IMG/VR virus record: IMGVR_UViG_3300050034_000334
Length of the DNA: 64,000 nucleotides
Direction: 5' to 3' (one strand)
From: a virus
Lineage: Duplodnaviria; Caudoviricetes
A program made the position numbers and the translations under genes. Below the pieces are notes generated by a model. That model ran no database searches and was not told where the DNA came from. It was given only the letters and a program-made list of their open reading frames with translations. Within the stretch, counting starts at the first letter, position 1; each line of letters begins with the position of its first letter. Shown piece after piece: positions 48,639-57,465 of this stretch.

Positions 48639-49326
48639 TTCTTCTTTTGAGCATCAAACGAGAGACAATCCTGACTGAACCCTTCTTCTCAATTTTCTTA
48701 ATCCACGACGGAGGTATCGTCACAGCGATAGAGATGTCAGCACCTTTCAACATCGGATGCTGGGCAAGCAGAGCGTTGTCGTCCTCATATCTCATGTCCG
48801 GAACTATGTATCTGTAATATTCCGGAGGTACGACAAACTTGACTTCCACCTTGGTGGAATCAAACACGAAACCTGACGGCTGATCAATTGTACCGAAGGT
48901 GCTCTGGCCCTCTTCACCGCCGTTCAGACCTTGCCTCTTGATGCTGTCCATGTACTTGGCAAAGGTCTCATGATAGACCGGAAGTCCATTGGGATACCTG
49001 GCTCTGAGATTGTACTGGAAGGGAGAATCCCCTGTGAGACGGATGCCCCAGGGATTCATGTCGCTGTCAAGGACTGACCTTACTTCGCTAGAGAATCCCA
49101 CCAGATACAGAGAGTTGAATGGGACATGCCAGAACTGCTGGGGAGCGAGATGATCTTCAGAGTCGTCATCCACCCATGCCTTCATCCGAACAACATCGGA
49201 CATGCGATAGACACGTTCCTTAAGACGCAGAAGGGTGTGTTCCATCGCCTCTGCAGGAACATGCTTAAACTGGATGGGAACCCAGGGTCCTGGTTTTAGA
49301 ATTGTGTGATCTGACGGAGGCGGCAT
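48601..49326 (-). CDS. Hypothetical protein
   Basis: 241-aa ORF. Confidence 0.75.
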   Translation of the reverse strand: MPPPSDHTILKPGPWVPIQFKHVPAEAMEHTLLRLKERVYRMSDVVRMKAWVDDDSEDHLAPQQFWHVPFNSLYLVGFSSEVRSVLDSDMNPWGIRLTGDSPFQYNLRARYPNGLPVYHETFAKYMDSIKRQGLNGGEEGQSTFGTIDQPSGFVFDSTKVEVKFVVPPEYYRYIVPDMRYEDDNALLAQHPMLKGADISIAVTIPPSWIKKIEKKGSVRIVSRLMLKRRTRNEGTPFQDIE

Positions 49327-49467
49327 CTAGGTTAGCTGCACACCCTTTCCGAACACGAACTCAGCAAGCACCTGTGACTGCTGGTCGGCGGGAGTCTGAG
49401 CCAGAAGCTGCTCAAGTTGGGCTGCGGTCTTCTTGATCTCGGCTTCCTTATTGATCTGCTTCTTCAT
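49327..49467 (-). CDS. Small hypothetical protein (MKKQINKEAEIKKTAAQ...), 46 aa
   Basis: Hand translation; promoter motif upstream; stop abuts the next start. Confidence 0.65.
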   Translation of the reverse strand: MKKQINKEAEIKKTAAQLEQLLAQTPADQQSQVLAEFVFGKGVQLT

Positions 49468-49486
49468 GGCTTTCCCCCCTGTTCTA

Positions 49487-49515
49487 TTCTACGGAGATTT
49501 CCCATGAAACGGGTA
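49487..49515 (-). promoter_or_regulatory. Promoter motif TACCCGT-N16-GTAGAA
   Basis: 16-nt spacer match. Confidence 0.65.
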
Positions 49516-49671
49516 ATCTCTACCTAGAATAGAGAAGTTAAAATCCGGTCAATTCGACTTCGTACTCGAAGGCATCCTGCTTGATCTTCGTTTTTGTCGA
49601 ACCGGATAGATTTCATTGTTTCCCTCCACCTCTCTCTACGGAGTTCGTGCGAGTTCCAGCTAACAAATGTC

Positions 49672-49696
49672 AAAAGAAAAGGCCTCCGAAGAGGCC
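49672..49696 (-). terminator. Intrinsic terminator of the tmRNA transcript
   Basis: ggcctc-TTCG-gaggcc followed by ttttcttttg. Confidence 0.85.
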
Positions 49697-49699
49697 CTC

Positions 49700-50112
49700 T
49701 CTTTGCCACGTGATCCCGGTTTATCCAGGACCTTCTGTTGCTAGGATCGTAACCGACCCCCGACAGCGATTAAGCTGCCATTGCCAGCGGAGCGAACGAA
49801 CGGACCGGGAAGGCCAGGACGTTGCTACGACGGGCGCTGATACCATTGTCGGTAGCAGTTATTGTTTCTGTGTCCGATTACGGAGGGCCACAGCGTACCG
49901 AGTTGTTATCTCTGGTCAGTTCCAATTGTCGAATCTGTTCGCCCCCATCATAAGCACTCTGGTTCCCAACTTCTGAACAGTCTCTTCTCCAGCGACCGTA
50001 TGAAATTCTAGGCGAAGTGGAGAGTGCTTATGGTGGAGGCGCGGGTCTATGCTAACCCGGTCCAAATGGCACATCACTTTGACTTCAGCTCCGAAGAGCA
50101 TACAACCATATA
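49700..50112 (-). ncRNA. ssrA: Circularly permuted (two-piece) tmRNA
   Basis: Acceptor piece ending cgcctccACCA (50031) lies upstream of the coding piece starting GGGGGCGAACAGATTCGAC (49946); G3-U70, A73; tag ATDNGISARRSNVLAFPVRSFAPLAMAA* (49856-49770) after AATAACT. Confidence 0.9.
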
Positions 50113-50116
50113 GATA

Positions 50117-50145
50117 GTCTACTGGCTATATTTGAATTCCAGGTA
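50117..50145 (-). promoter_or_regulatory. Promoter motif TACCTGG-N16-GTAGAC driving the tmRNA
   Basis: Variant of the recurring motif directly upstream of the acceptor piece. Confidence 0.6.
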
Positions 50146-50177
50146 CATCAGTAGTATCTTTAGAGAGGTGGCGAGAT

Positions 50178-50936
50178 TTGAACAAGCGTCTGGTATACAC
50201 GGTCTATAAAACCGTGAACAAAGCAAACGGTAAGTTCTACCTTGGAGTTCATAAGACTTCAAATCCGATGGATGAGTACTTAGGTTCTGGTACTTACATC
50301 AAGCGAGCCGTTGCAAAGTATGGTCAATCTGGTTTCACGAAAGAAATCCTCTTTGAGTACGAAACTCAAGAAGAAGGATGGGACAAGGAGGATGAACTCA
50401 TTGAGTTGAATCGGAATAATCCTCTTTGTACAAACATACGGAAAGGAGGTTCTGGAGGATTTGATTATATCAACAAAAATGGATTACTGACTATGTCAGA
50501 CGAGACTAAATCTAGGTGTACTGCTAAGCTGTTAAACTGGAGGAAAGAACATCCTAATGAAATCAAAGAGAATGCTCGAATAGCTAATCTAACTAGAAGC
50601 AAGCAGTGGAAGGGAGGTAAGCATACAACTGAAGTTTGTCATAGAATCTCAGAAGTGAGTAGTGGACCACACAATAACATGCATGACAAGAAATGGGTAC
50701 ATCATCCTGAATTGGGATTTAAGGCCGTTCTTCTAGATGAAGTACAATCGTATCTAGATGCTGGATGGCTACTTGGAAGAATTAGATATCGCAAGACTAC
50801 TCATTCAACTTATGGTAAGATTTGGATAAATAATGGAGAAAGAAACAAATTGGTGTCTAATCTAGAAGAGTTTCCAGGATGGAAACGTGGAAGATTGATG
50901 ACTATGATACAACGCAGTTTTGCTTCCATCTCTTGA
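50178..50936 (+). CDS. GIY-YIG homing endonuclease
   Basis: YTVYKTVNKANGKFYLGVHKT...YLGSG; paralog of 25607..26524. Confidence 0.88.
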   Translation: MNKRLVYTVYKTVNKANGKFYLGVHKTSNPMDEYLGSGTYIKRAVAKYGQSGFTKEILFEYETQEEGWDKEDELIELNRNNPLCTNIRKGGSGGFDYINKNGLLTMSDETKSRCTAKLLNWRKEHPNEIKENARIANLTRSKQWKGGKHTTEVCHRISEVSSGPHNNMHDKKWVHHPELGFKAVLLDEVQSYLDAGWLLGRIRYRKTTHSTYGKIWINNGERNKLVSNLEEFPGWKRGRLMTMIQRSFASIS

Positions 50937-51213
50937 AGATTGTGTCCACGCGAAACCCGAAGGTCAGAACTTGTGTCCACCACCAGCGATGAACCACAAC
51001 GGCGCATACTGTGTACGCCACGCATGGAACGCCCTCACGCAAGGGCCGTGCTGCACCTGCACGCCGGAAGGCAGCACGATCACGCTAGACGACGGCGAGT
51101 ACCTTGCGCTGACCAGGATCACCGATAGCGGCTGTCCGATACACGGGATGAGCAGCGCACACGTACCAGACCCGCACGAGGGCGCAAGCACGAAGGGAGG
51201 GCCGAAGCTGTGA
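50920..51213 (+). CDS. Cys-rich hypothetical protein, possibly 5'-truncated
   Basis: Starts the GC-richer patch; no clear RBS. Confidence 0.45.
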   Translation: MLPSLEDCVHAKPEGQNLCPPPAMNHNGAYCVRHAWNALTQGPCCTCTPEGSTITLDDGEYLALTRITDSGCPIHGMSSAHVPDPHEGASTKGGPKL

Positions 51214-51428
51214 TGGGTAGGCTGATTGGTAGTGATTTTACTCAGGTAGTCCAAACGCGCAAAACACGCTGCTCTGAGTGCGGCTTCAATATCCCTGTCG
51301 GGGATACCGCTCTGGAGTCTATCAAGGACGGCAAATGTGTCAAGCGCGTATGTGGGGAGAATTGCCGGATGGACTTCGATGATCGTTTCTGGCGTGGAGT
51401 TGCGGCCAGAGACAAGAGGCTACGCTGA
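51210..51428 (+). CDS. Small zinc-finger-like hypothetical protein
   Basis: CSECG...CG.NC; overlap-coupled. Confidence 0.65.
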   Translation: MMGRLIGSDFTQVVQTRKTRCSECGFNIPVGDTALESIKDGKCVKRVCGENCRMDFDDRFWRGVAARDKRLR

Positions 51429-51691
51429 TGACCACGCCCCTGCTCATCATCCTGATCGGCGCCGTGCCGGTAGCCATTCTGAGCGCATGGCTGGACCACG
51501 CATGGCGCAAGCGGCACCCGAAGCAGATCAGCACGGCGGAGTGGCTGCGTAGGATGCGTGCTCTTGAACCTGGAGTGCCCCCTGTGCGTCGCTACGAGGG
51601 CGCGGTAGGGGTAAGCACACCAGAACGCCCTGTGAGGGATAAGAAACTGGCGCTGGTGGTCAAACCGGCGAGAAAGAACGGGACACAATGA
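51428..51691 (+). CDS. Hypothetical protein with N-terminal TM
   Basis: TGATG overlap; hydrophobic N-terminus. Confidence 0.65.
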   Translation: MTTPLLIILIGAVPVAILSAWLDHAWRKRHPKQISTAEWLRRMRALEPGVPPVRRYEGAVGVSTPERPVRDKKLALVVKPARKNGTQ

Positions 51692-51906
51692 AGACTCCAT
51701 CAGGGATTGAAATTGAGATAGGTCAGGTTTGGCGCGGTCCTGATTATGGCGTTCAAAATCGCGTGGGACACTTTGAGGATGGTATTGTCTGGCTGTACCG
51801 GAAACATTGCAACGGGCCAGATCGCATCCCTGTGAGTCGATTCAACGGTAAGCGTGGCGGATATGCGCTGTCGGCCGGCAACGATGCGACAGAGGAGAGC
51901 AAGTGA
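51688..51906 (+). CDS. Hypothetical protein
   Basis: ATGA overlap. Confidence 0.65.
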   Translation: MKTPSGIEIEIGQVWRGPDYGVQNRVGHFEDGIVWLYRKHCNGPDRIPVSRFNGKRGGYALSAGNDATEESK

Positions 51907-51932
51907 TCGCCGCTGGTCTGGCTGCTTACTTC

Positions 51933-52424
51933 CTATCTGTGATCGCCGCTTCGCACGGCCTGTAAGGGCACGAAAGCCGGGGCGTCATGCTCCGGCTTTC
52001 GTGCCTGCTCTGCGCGATACTTCTCGAACCAGAAAACTACCGGCGTTGTATCGATACTTAATTTGCCAAAACGCATCAAGTGGTGTACGTGCGTGTAGGT
52101 TGATATTGTTGGGATGCTGTTCGCAAAATAGGTGAGTATAGAGCGGAAGCCTTCGACATTTGTATCTGCCTTTAGTATGTTGCATCTGACACAAGCAGGG
52201 TAAAGATTGTCTTTATTATCGTTTTCGGGTGAATAAAGTTTCCCGGTTTCCCGTGTCTTTGTGTACCCTGCTTTAGTAACTTCGCCGTGTACATATTCTG
52301 TTTGGCGGCGAACTGGTTCCACATGATCGGCGTGCCATTTGTCGATCAACTCCTGCCCACAATAAGCGCATCGACCGCCAAACATCATGCGGATTCTTTC
52401 GCGCTCTGGCTTGCTAAGGATCAT
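51933..52424 (-). CDS. HNH endonuclease
   Basis: FGGRCAYCG...WHADHVEP...NLYPACVRCNILK; ATGA overlap with the lysozyme. Confidence 0.88.
   Translation of the reverse strand: MILSKPERERIRMMFGGRCAYCGQELIDKWHADHVEPVRRQTEYVHGEVTKAGYTKTRETGKLYSPENDNKDNLYPACVRCNILKADTNVEGFRSILTYFANSIPTISTYTHVHHLMRFGKLSIDTTPVVFWFEKYRAEQARKPEHDAPAFVPLQAVRSGDHR
51967..52005. repeat. 14-bp perfect inverted repeat at a convergent junction (possible bidirectional terminator)
   Basis: ggcacgaaagccgg ... ccggctttcgtgcc. Confidence 0.6.
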
Positions 52425-52975
52425 TTCAACGCTCTCGCCGTCCATGCGTCTTTGTAAATGGCCAGCGCGGGATTCTTGGCAATAAGCGCATCGTAGTACG
52501 CGACACGAGATTGCTGGAAGCTGCCAACAAGTGCAGGGCCGCAAGCGTTTACCTGCTCGACGGTATTTGGACCCCACTTGCCGTCACATATCAATCTCGG
52601 CAATCCAGGATCACCGCACCAATTCACGGCTTGCTGCAAGCACCTCACAGACGCCTCACTGCCGGCATTCACGGCGAAGTCAAAGACGCGCTTTGCAACT
52701 TCGTCGCTGGTCAGTTGCGCGTACCAGGACGAGCCGTTCAAGATGCACCAGAAATGGGCTAAGTAGAACGTCTTCACGAGCGGTCCACGATCAGCTTGCG
52801 GCATGTTGGCAATCGCCGTGTACTGGAGCGGGAAGGCTCCTGAGTTGATTCCTGAGATGGCGAAGCAGTGGTCAAGCGTGCAACCTTCGGGGCACCTGTC
52901 CGTCACGGTCGCGTGCATGTCGGCGGCGTCTTCATTGCTGAGGAGCCATGAATATGCGGTTTTAAACGATGCCAT
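52421..52975 (-). CDS. Second GH108-family lysozyme
   Basis: NED...FAISGINS; FYLAHFW; VAKRVFDFAVNAG; CDGKWGPNT. Confidence 0.82.
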   Translation of the reverse strand: MASFKTAYSWLLSNEDAADMHATVTDRCPEGCTLDHCFAISGINSGAFPLQYTAIANMPQADRGPLVKTFYLAHFWCILNGSSWYAQLTSDEVAKRVFDFAVNAGSEASVRCLQQAVNWCGDPGLPRLICDGKWGPNTVEQVNACGPALVGSFQQSRVAYYDALIAKNPALAIYKDAWTARALK

Positions 52976-53002
52976 TCTCTCTCCTTAAGGCCGTACAGCG
53001 CC

Positions 53003-53506
53003 TTACTCGCAAAGCCCATACTTTGATTCGCAAGAAGGGCGTTCTGTGTTACCACGAAAAATATTGAATTGCCTTCCGCCTCGATCTGTCTTTGCCCACT
53101 CGATTACTTCATCAATGAAGTTGTACCCTGTTGACTTGATCGGGTCTATCGGGGGAAAGAACGTCACACCGCTTTCAACTTCATAGCGGCGAACTTTTTC
53201 TATCATCTCAGGATAGCGTTCAATCCAGAGGAGAATGTCTTCCTTCCCGCTATTCACACACGGAGCGCAACCGACACGGCCAAATCCAAGTTTGTAAAGA
53301 TGATTGTATTCCTGCCCATGACCCTCAATGAAATCGAAGCACATCTTTTTAGTCCAGTCAGCTAAAGGCGCATGACACATACAATCGAAGTAGGAATCAA
53401 ACCAAGAGAACGGCGTATCTTTCCGGCGCTCCGACTCATCCCTTCGCACTCCAGTGTACCTCTCATAATCCAATCCTGCGTATTCTCCCATCGGGCCGAA
53501 ATGCAA
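53003..53506 (-). pseudogene. C-terminal half of a PAPS-reductase-family protein
   Basis: YTGVRRDES, PLADWT, LYKLGFGRVGCAPCV present; N-terminal SGGKDS PP-loop absent. Confidence 0.7.
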
Positions 53507-53715
53507 CTCAGGCTCCGCGTGGAACCTAGAAAAATCAGTATGTGATCGCGACCTTCATCTTGCGGAAGCGGTCGACTGCCTGCTTTGAGTGGTCAACTGC
53601 TTGCGCGGTCTGCTTCTTGGTTTGTTCCCAGAAAGAAACCATCGCCTTCCAGCAGGATTCACCGTTCAAAACCACTTTGCCGTTGACTTCAACATTCATT
53701 TTCATCACCATTCAA

Positions 53716-54140
53716 GTGGGAATCAGGCTGCGGGCCATCTGGGCGTCGTCCCACCCGATCCGCTCCCAGACAGTTCTGTCTTGCGACAGGCCGCAGCCCT
53801 CACCCTCGTTAGGAGATAGACATCTCCTGAAATTTGGGTGGAGTCAGTCGCCCTTCTCCAACTCTCAAGATTCTGGCATCCGTCAATGTCCATGAGAGAC
53901 CACTCCACTTCGTGGTTTTAAGTATTTCCTGTGGGTGATAGGCGTGGTGCAACGCCTTGTTTTGCTTCTAGGGTCGGGGAGGGATTGCTCCCTCCCGGAT
54001 CACCCTCTCCTGCTGCTGCATACAAATACCTCCGCAGCGAGTTCTCGCTCCACTGATTAGCTGCTCGTTAGGCAGCTAGAAATCGTCACCAAAGAAATAG
54101 CCATCGCGCATGGGAAGTCTCCTGTACAGATCTCACCTTG
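53716..54140 (-). ncRNA. Candidate large structured ncRNA
   Basis: More than ten stems found by eye, two GCAA tetraloops on the minus strand, no convincing long ORF, promoter motif directly upstream. Confidence 0.5.
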
Positions 54141-54149
54141 ACGAGTGAA

Positions 54150-54178
54150 TGATACTACTCTACCGAAGAAAACGGGAA
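54150..54178 (-). promoter_or_regulatory. Promoter motif TTCCCGT-N16-GTATCA
   Basis: 16-nt spacer match. Confidence 0.6.
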
Positions 54179-54183
54179 ATCAG

Positions 54184-54420
54184 TTATTTTGCCCCAAGAG
54201 TGGGCTGGGTGCCGGTCACAAATTCTACATGCCTGATTTCCTTGGCCGTCTGTTCCGGAGTGGCTTCGACGGTTTCCAGGTGCCTATCCATGTTGGGCTC
54301 TACCATCCGTTCACCCAGTGAAGGACTTTCGGCGCTGATGAAGGCGACTGGACTCAGCTTGATCATGAGTTCTCCCTTGAATCGGAAGAGACTCTTGATT
54401 GGGATTTCTGCGAATGTCAT
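54184..54420 (-). CDS. Hypothetical protein
   Basis: GAGG RBS. Confidence 0.7.
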   Translation of the reverse strand: MTFAEIPIKSLFRFKGELMIKLSPVAFISAESPSLGERMVEPNMDRHLETVEATPEQTAKEIRHVEFVTGTQPTLGAK

Positions 54421-54429
54421 GTTATGCCT

Positions 54430-54975
54430 CTAGACTGGATACGCTACTTCAGCGAGTTTCCTTCTCTTGCCGGCGGAAATAGCCGCGCACTCTTCCGGAG
54501 AGCGTTTCTTGCCCAGTCTTCCTCTAGCAAAGGACTGAAGAGTTGCCAACGCAAGCGGGTGTGGTACTCTTCCTTTCTTCAACGCAGATTGACTATCACA
54601 GAATTCCTTAGTCCTTTTCTTTCCTATATTTGCTCTGCGGATTCTTTCAACCACTTCTCTAGGCATCTTCCAACCAGACTTACCTTCTCCACCAAGGGTC
54701 TCGTTGTAGCCACTACCCAAAGAGGCAAGCGTACCTTGTGATTTGATGAACTGCTTCTCGAGATCATTCAACAAACTGACTTCGCAGCAAGCAAGTTCCT
54801 GAATGGAAAAGTTGGAAGCACCATACTTTCGGATGGCCCGATACAGAGCAAAGTCAAGTCCGCTTTTTGCGTTGGCGACATGGTCCTTCCATCTCCCAGC
54901 CACCGATTTCGAGGTTTGTCCAACATACTTCTTCTGATTCACCAAGTTGACAATAAGATAGATGAATCCATTCAT
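54430..54975 (-). CDS. GIY-YIG homing endonuclease
   Basis: GFIYLIVNLVNQKKYVGQT...GYNETLGGEG. Confidence 0.9.
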   Translation of the reverse strand: MNGFIYLIVNLVNQKKYVGQTSKSVAGRWKDHVANAKSGLDFALYRAIRKYGASNFSIQELACCEVSLLNDLEKQFIKSQGTLASLGSGYNETLGGEGKSGWKMPREVVERIRRANIGKKRTKEFCDSQSALKKGRVPHPLALATLQSFARGRLGKKRSPEECAAISAGKRRKLAEVAYPV

Positions 54976-55139
54976 ACCTGATAGGTTCCTTCGAAACAGT
55001 CTTTGACATCCTGAAGTCCACAAGTACACTTTGGAGGAGGCTTCGTTCCGCCTTCTGCCACCTTCTTGTTCCACTCGCTCACTTTGCACTCAGGTGTGTG
55101 CTCAGCTTGCTCGAGGTACTCTTGTGCCTTGCTTAGCAT
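54972..55139 (-). CDS. Small hypothetical protein (H..C...C.C)
   Basis: Overlap-coupled; start uncertain. Confidence 0.55.
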   Translation of the reverse strand: MLSKAQEYLEQAEHTPECKVSEWNKKVAEGGTKPPPKCTCGLQDVKDCFEGTYQV

Positions 55140-56187
55140 TTTCGGTTGCCCACTTGGTGATGATTCCATCCCAGGGTGTCTTCTGAGAGTTTGCTCTCTT
55201 CCAGGATGCAACGCGGCGGTCCCAGGATGACGATTTGTACTTGTTCACAGCCTCTACGAAATCCTTGGGAAGTTCAATCTCGATCTTGTAGTAGGACTCA
55301 GTCTGCTTGGCATTGAACGGAGCAACCAATGCTCTGGCTTTCTTCAGATAATCACGGAGCCAGCGAAGCTCAGTGTCAATCTTGGGATCGTCCTCATCCT
55401 TCTTGAGAGCATCGTTCATCAAGCGAAGCAAGCTGGTGCAGTAGTTGGTACGAGGAGTGCTGTACTTCAGATCTCTGAATTTGTCTTCCTTTTCACTACC
55501 TGCCAGAGCCGCTTCCATCTCCGCACGATACTTTTGGAGCTTTCCGTACTCAACCGCTGTGAGATCAGCACCTTCAAGTTTCTGACCACACAGCTTCTCA
55601 TACTTCTTTATGATCTCTGGCATGCGATTATTCTTATCATCTGCCAGAAGTGAAAGTAGCAGTTGCTCGAGCTCAGGCCACCGCTTGGGAGCAATGTGAG
55701 GAGGAGACGTCCATCTCTCTTTGGAACCATAGGAATTTGTGTTATTGAACGCGAACTCGCCTGAAGTTCCGCCGTAGTAATACATCATGTCGTAGTCATC
55801 TTTGACTGCAATCATGGCTGCTTCAAGACTAGCATCACGCTCCTTGTAATTCTTGAAAGCGTTGAATGTCAGCACATCTCCGAATCTCGTAGAACAGCAA
55901 GCCAGAACGAGGTCATGAAGATCCTGGCGCCAAGGCGACGAGCATCTGTAGTAGTATTGCTTGAGGAAGGCCTCCAGCTTGTTTCCGACCTTTTCGATGC
56001 CGGTAGTCTCAGTGTCGTATGAATCCTTGGTAGTCGGAGGCGGAGTTGCCACTCCCTGCTTCAGCAAGGCAATTGCTGCTTCTTCGAACTCTGGCCAAGG
56101 CTTCTCAGCATTGACTCTGAGATAGGTGTTGCTAACGAAGTTCTGTTTGTAATAGGTGAGGACTGCCTGCAGGTCGTTCATGGTCAT
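55102..56187 (-). CDS. Hypothetical helical protein
   Basis: Long ORF with phage-like codon usage; start MTMNDL inferred. Confidence 0.75.
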   Translation of the reverse strand: MTMNDLQAVLTYYKQNFVSNTYLRVNAEKPWPEFEEAAIALLKQGVATPPPTTKDSYDTETTGIEKVGNKLEAFLKQYYYRCSSPWRQDLHDLVLACCSTRFGDVLTFNAFKNYKERDASLEAAMIAVKDDYDMMYYYGGTSGEFAFNNTNSYGSKERWTSPPHIAPKRWPELEQLLLSLLADDKNNRMPEIIKKYEKLCGQKLEGADLTAVEYGKLQKYRAEMEAALAGSEKEDKFRDLKYSTPRTNYCTSLLRLMNDALKKDEDDPKIDTELRWLRDYLKKARALVAPFNAKQTESYYKIEIELPKDFVEAVNKYKSSSWDRRVASWKRANSQKTPWDGIITKWATENAKQGTRVPRAS

Positions 56188-56361
56188 CTTCTGCAGCAGG
56201 GGTCGAACCAAAGATAACCCAAATCTAACGGCTCGTACAAAACTTTCTGCACATGAACGAAGAGCGAACTGGAAAATTGTTGGACACTGTAAAAGTACTC
56301 TTGAGCTAGCATCCCGAAAGATGGAAATACTCAGGAGAACGACAGTCAATGACCGCCACAG

Positions 56362-56580
56362 TTAGGTAGATAATCCAATCCAACGGCTCGTGTGCAAACT
56401 GTGGGCAACCCACCGGGCTGCCTCTGGACTATCGATACGCTGAATATTCAGAAAAGTAAACACTTTTAATTGAACATCTGACTTTTTGCTCCATTGTATG
56501 GAATGTTCATACTGCCACACCAATCCTTGTAGACCAGGCTTCGACACCTGCAGTCGTAGTTGTGCTTCCTCTAGAGCCAA
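56362..56580 (-). CDS. Hypothetical ORF, doubtful
   Basis: Overlaps the endonuclease on the opposite strand. Confidence 0.25.
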   Translation of the reverse strand: MALEEAQLRLQVSKPGLQGLVWQYEHSIQWSKKSDVQLKVFTFLNIQRIDSPEAARWVAHSLHTSRWIGLST

Positions 56581-57304
56581 CAGTAATCGAAAACTATCTG
56601 AGGAGACTAAAGAGAAAATTAGAAGAACTCTTCAATCCAAGTATCCTGTCAGAAAATGCCCTATATGTGAAAAATTGTTCCGTCGTAAACAAGAGTACTG
56701 CAGCAGGTCTTGTGACATGAAATCTAGAATGAGAGATCCTGTCCAGAGGAAAGCAGTGTCTGATTTTATGAAATCTGCTCCTCATAAGGGCTGGAAATCG
56801 AGATCGATGTCCTCCTATGCAGAGCTGTTTTGGATTGACATTCTCGCTAGAGAACAAGTCAGCTTTATCCGTGAAAAAGTCATGTCAAAGAAGAGCTTAG
56901 GAATTGAATCCTCCGGAAGCTATTTCCTCGACTTTTTCTTTCCTCAATTGAACCTAGATTTAGAAATAGATGGTAGCCAACATCTCAATCCTGTGGCAAA
57001 AACCAAAGATGACGAACGTGATTTAATCCTAGAAAGAAATGGGATTCATGTTGTGAGAATGCCTTGGAAGGGATTGACCAGACATCTAAAATTCACATTT
57101 TCACAAGTGGAAGAAGTTCTTATAATGGTCGGGGTGAGGCATTTCGAAAGCCCAACCTCATGTTCCCAAAACATGTGCTCTACCCTTGAGCTACACCCCG
57201 ACATGTTAAACCTTTTCTGCGTGCCGGATTTGACCGGCGTTTCCGTCCTCAATGGACGGCGTGCTGTCCGCTTACGGAATCCTGCCCAGGCGATGCGTCT
57301 ATAG
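56486..57304 (+). CDS. Vsr/DUF559-like PD-(D/E)XK endonuclease with zinc fingers; frame runs on antisense through tRNA-Pro
   Basis: CSRSC repeats; YFLDFF...LEIDGSQH...DDERD...GIHVVR. Confidence 0.75.
   Translation: MLHCMECSYCHTNPCRPGFDTCSRSCASSRANSNRKLSEETKEKIRRTLQSKYPVRKCPICEKLFRRKQEYCSRSCDMKSRMRDPVQRKAVSDFMKSAPHKGWKSRSMSSYAELFWIDILAREQVSFIREKVMSKKSLGIESSGSYFLDFFFPQLNLDLEIDGSQHLNPVAKTKDDERDLILERNGIHVVRMPWKGLTRHLKFTFSQVEEVLIMVGVRHFESPTSCSQNMCSTLELHPDMLNLFCVPDLTGVSVLNGRRAVRLRNPAQAMRL
57126..57200 (-). tRNA. tRNA-Pro(TGG)
   Basis: Cloverleaf, loop TTTGGGA, CCA. Confidence 0.88.
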
Positions 57305-57388
57305 CCACAAAGTCCAGACATTCTACCTGCTGCCCTTTGTTCTCACCCGTCGGCAAGATCTCAGGCTCTATTGCACTATCGCAAACTT

Positions 57389-57465
57389 TGGTCGGGATAA
57401 CTGGATTCGAACCAGCGACCTCACCCACCCCAAGGGTGCGCTCTACCAGGCTGAGCCATATCCCG
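57389..57465 (-). tRNA. tRNA-Pro(GGG)
   Basis: Cloverleaf, loop TTGGGGT, CCA. Confidence 0.93.

Noticed and set aside
49581-50101. ORFs 49581..49976 and 49916..50101
   Set aside because: They overlap the tmRNA locus, whose RNA features explain the sequence
53716-54140. RNase P RNA or group I/II intron
   Set aside because: No GAGGAAAGUCC or ACAGAA..CGGC conserved regions, no group II domain V, and no interrupted host gene
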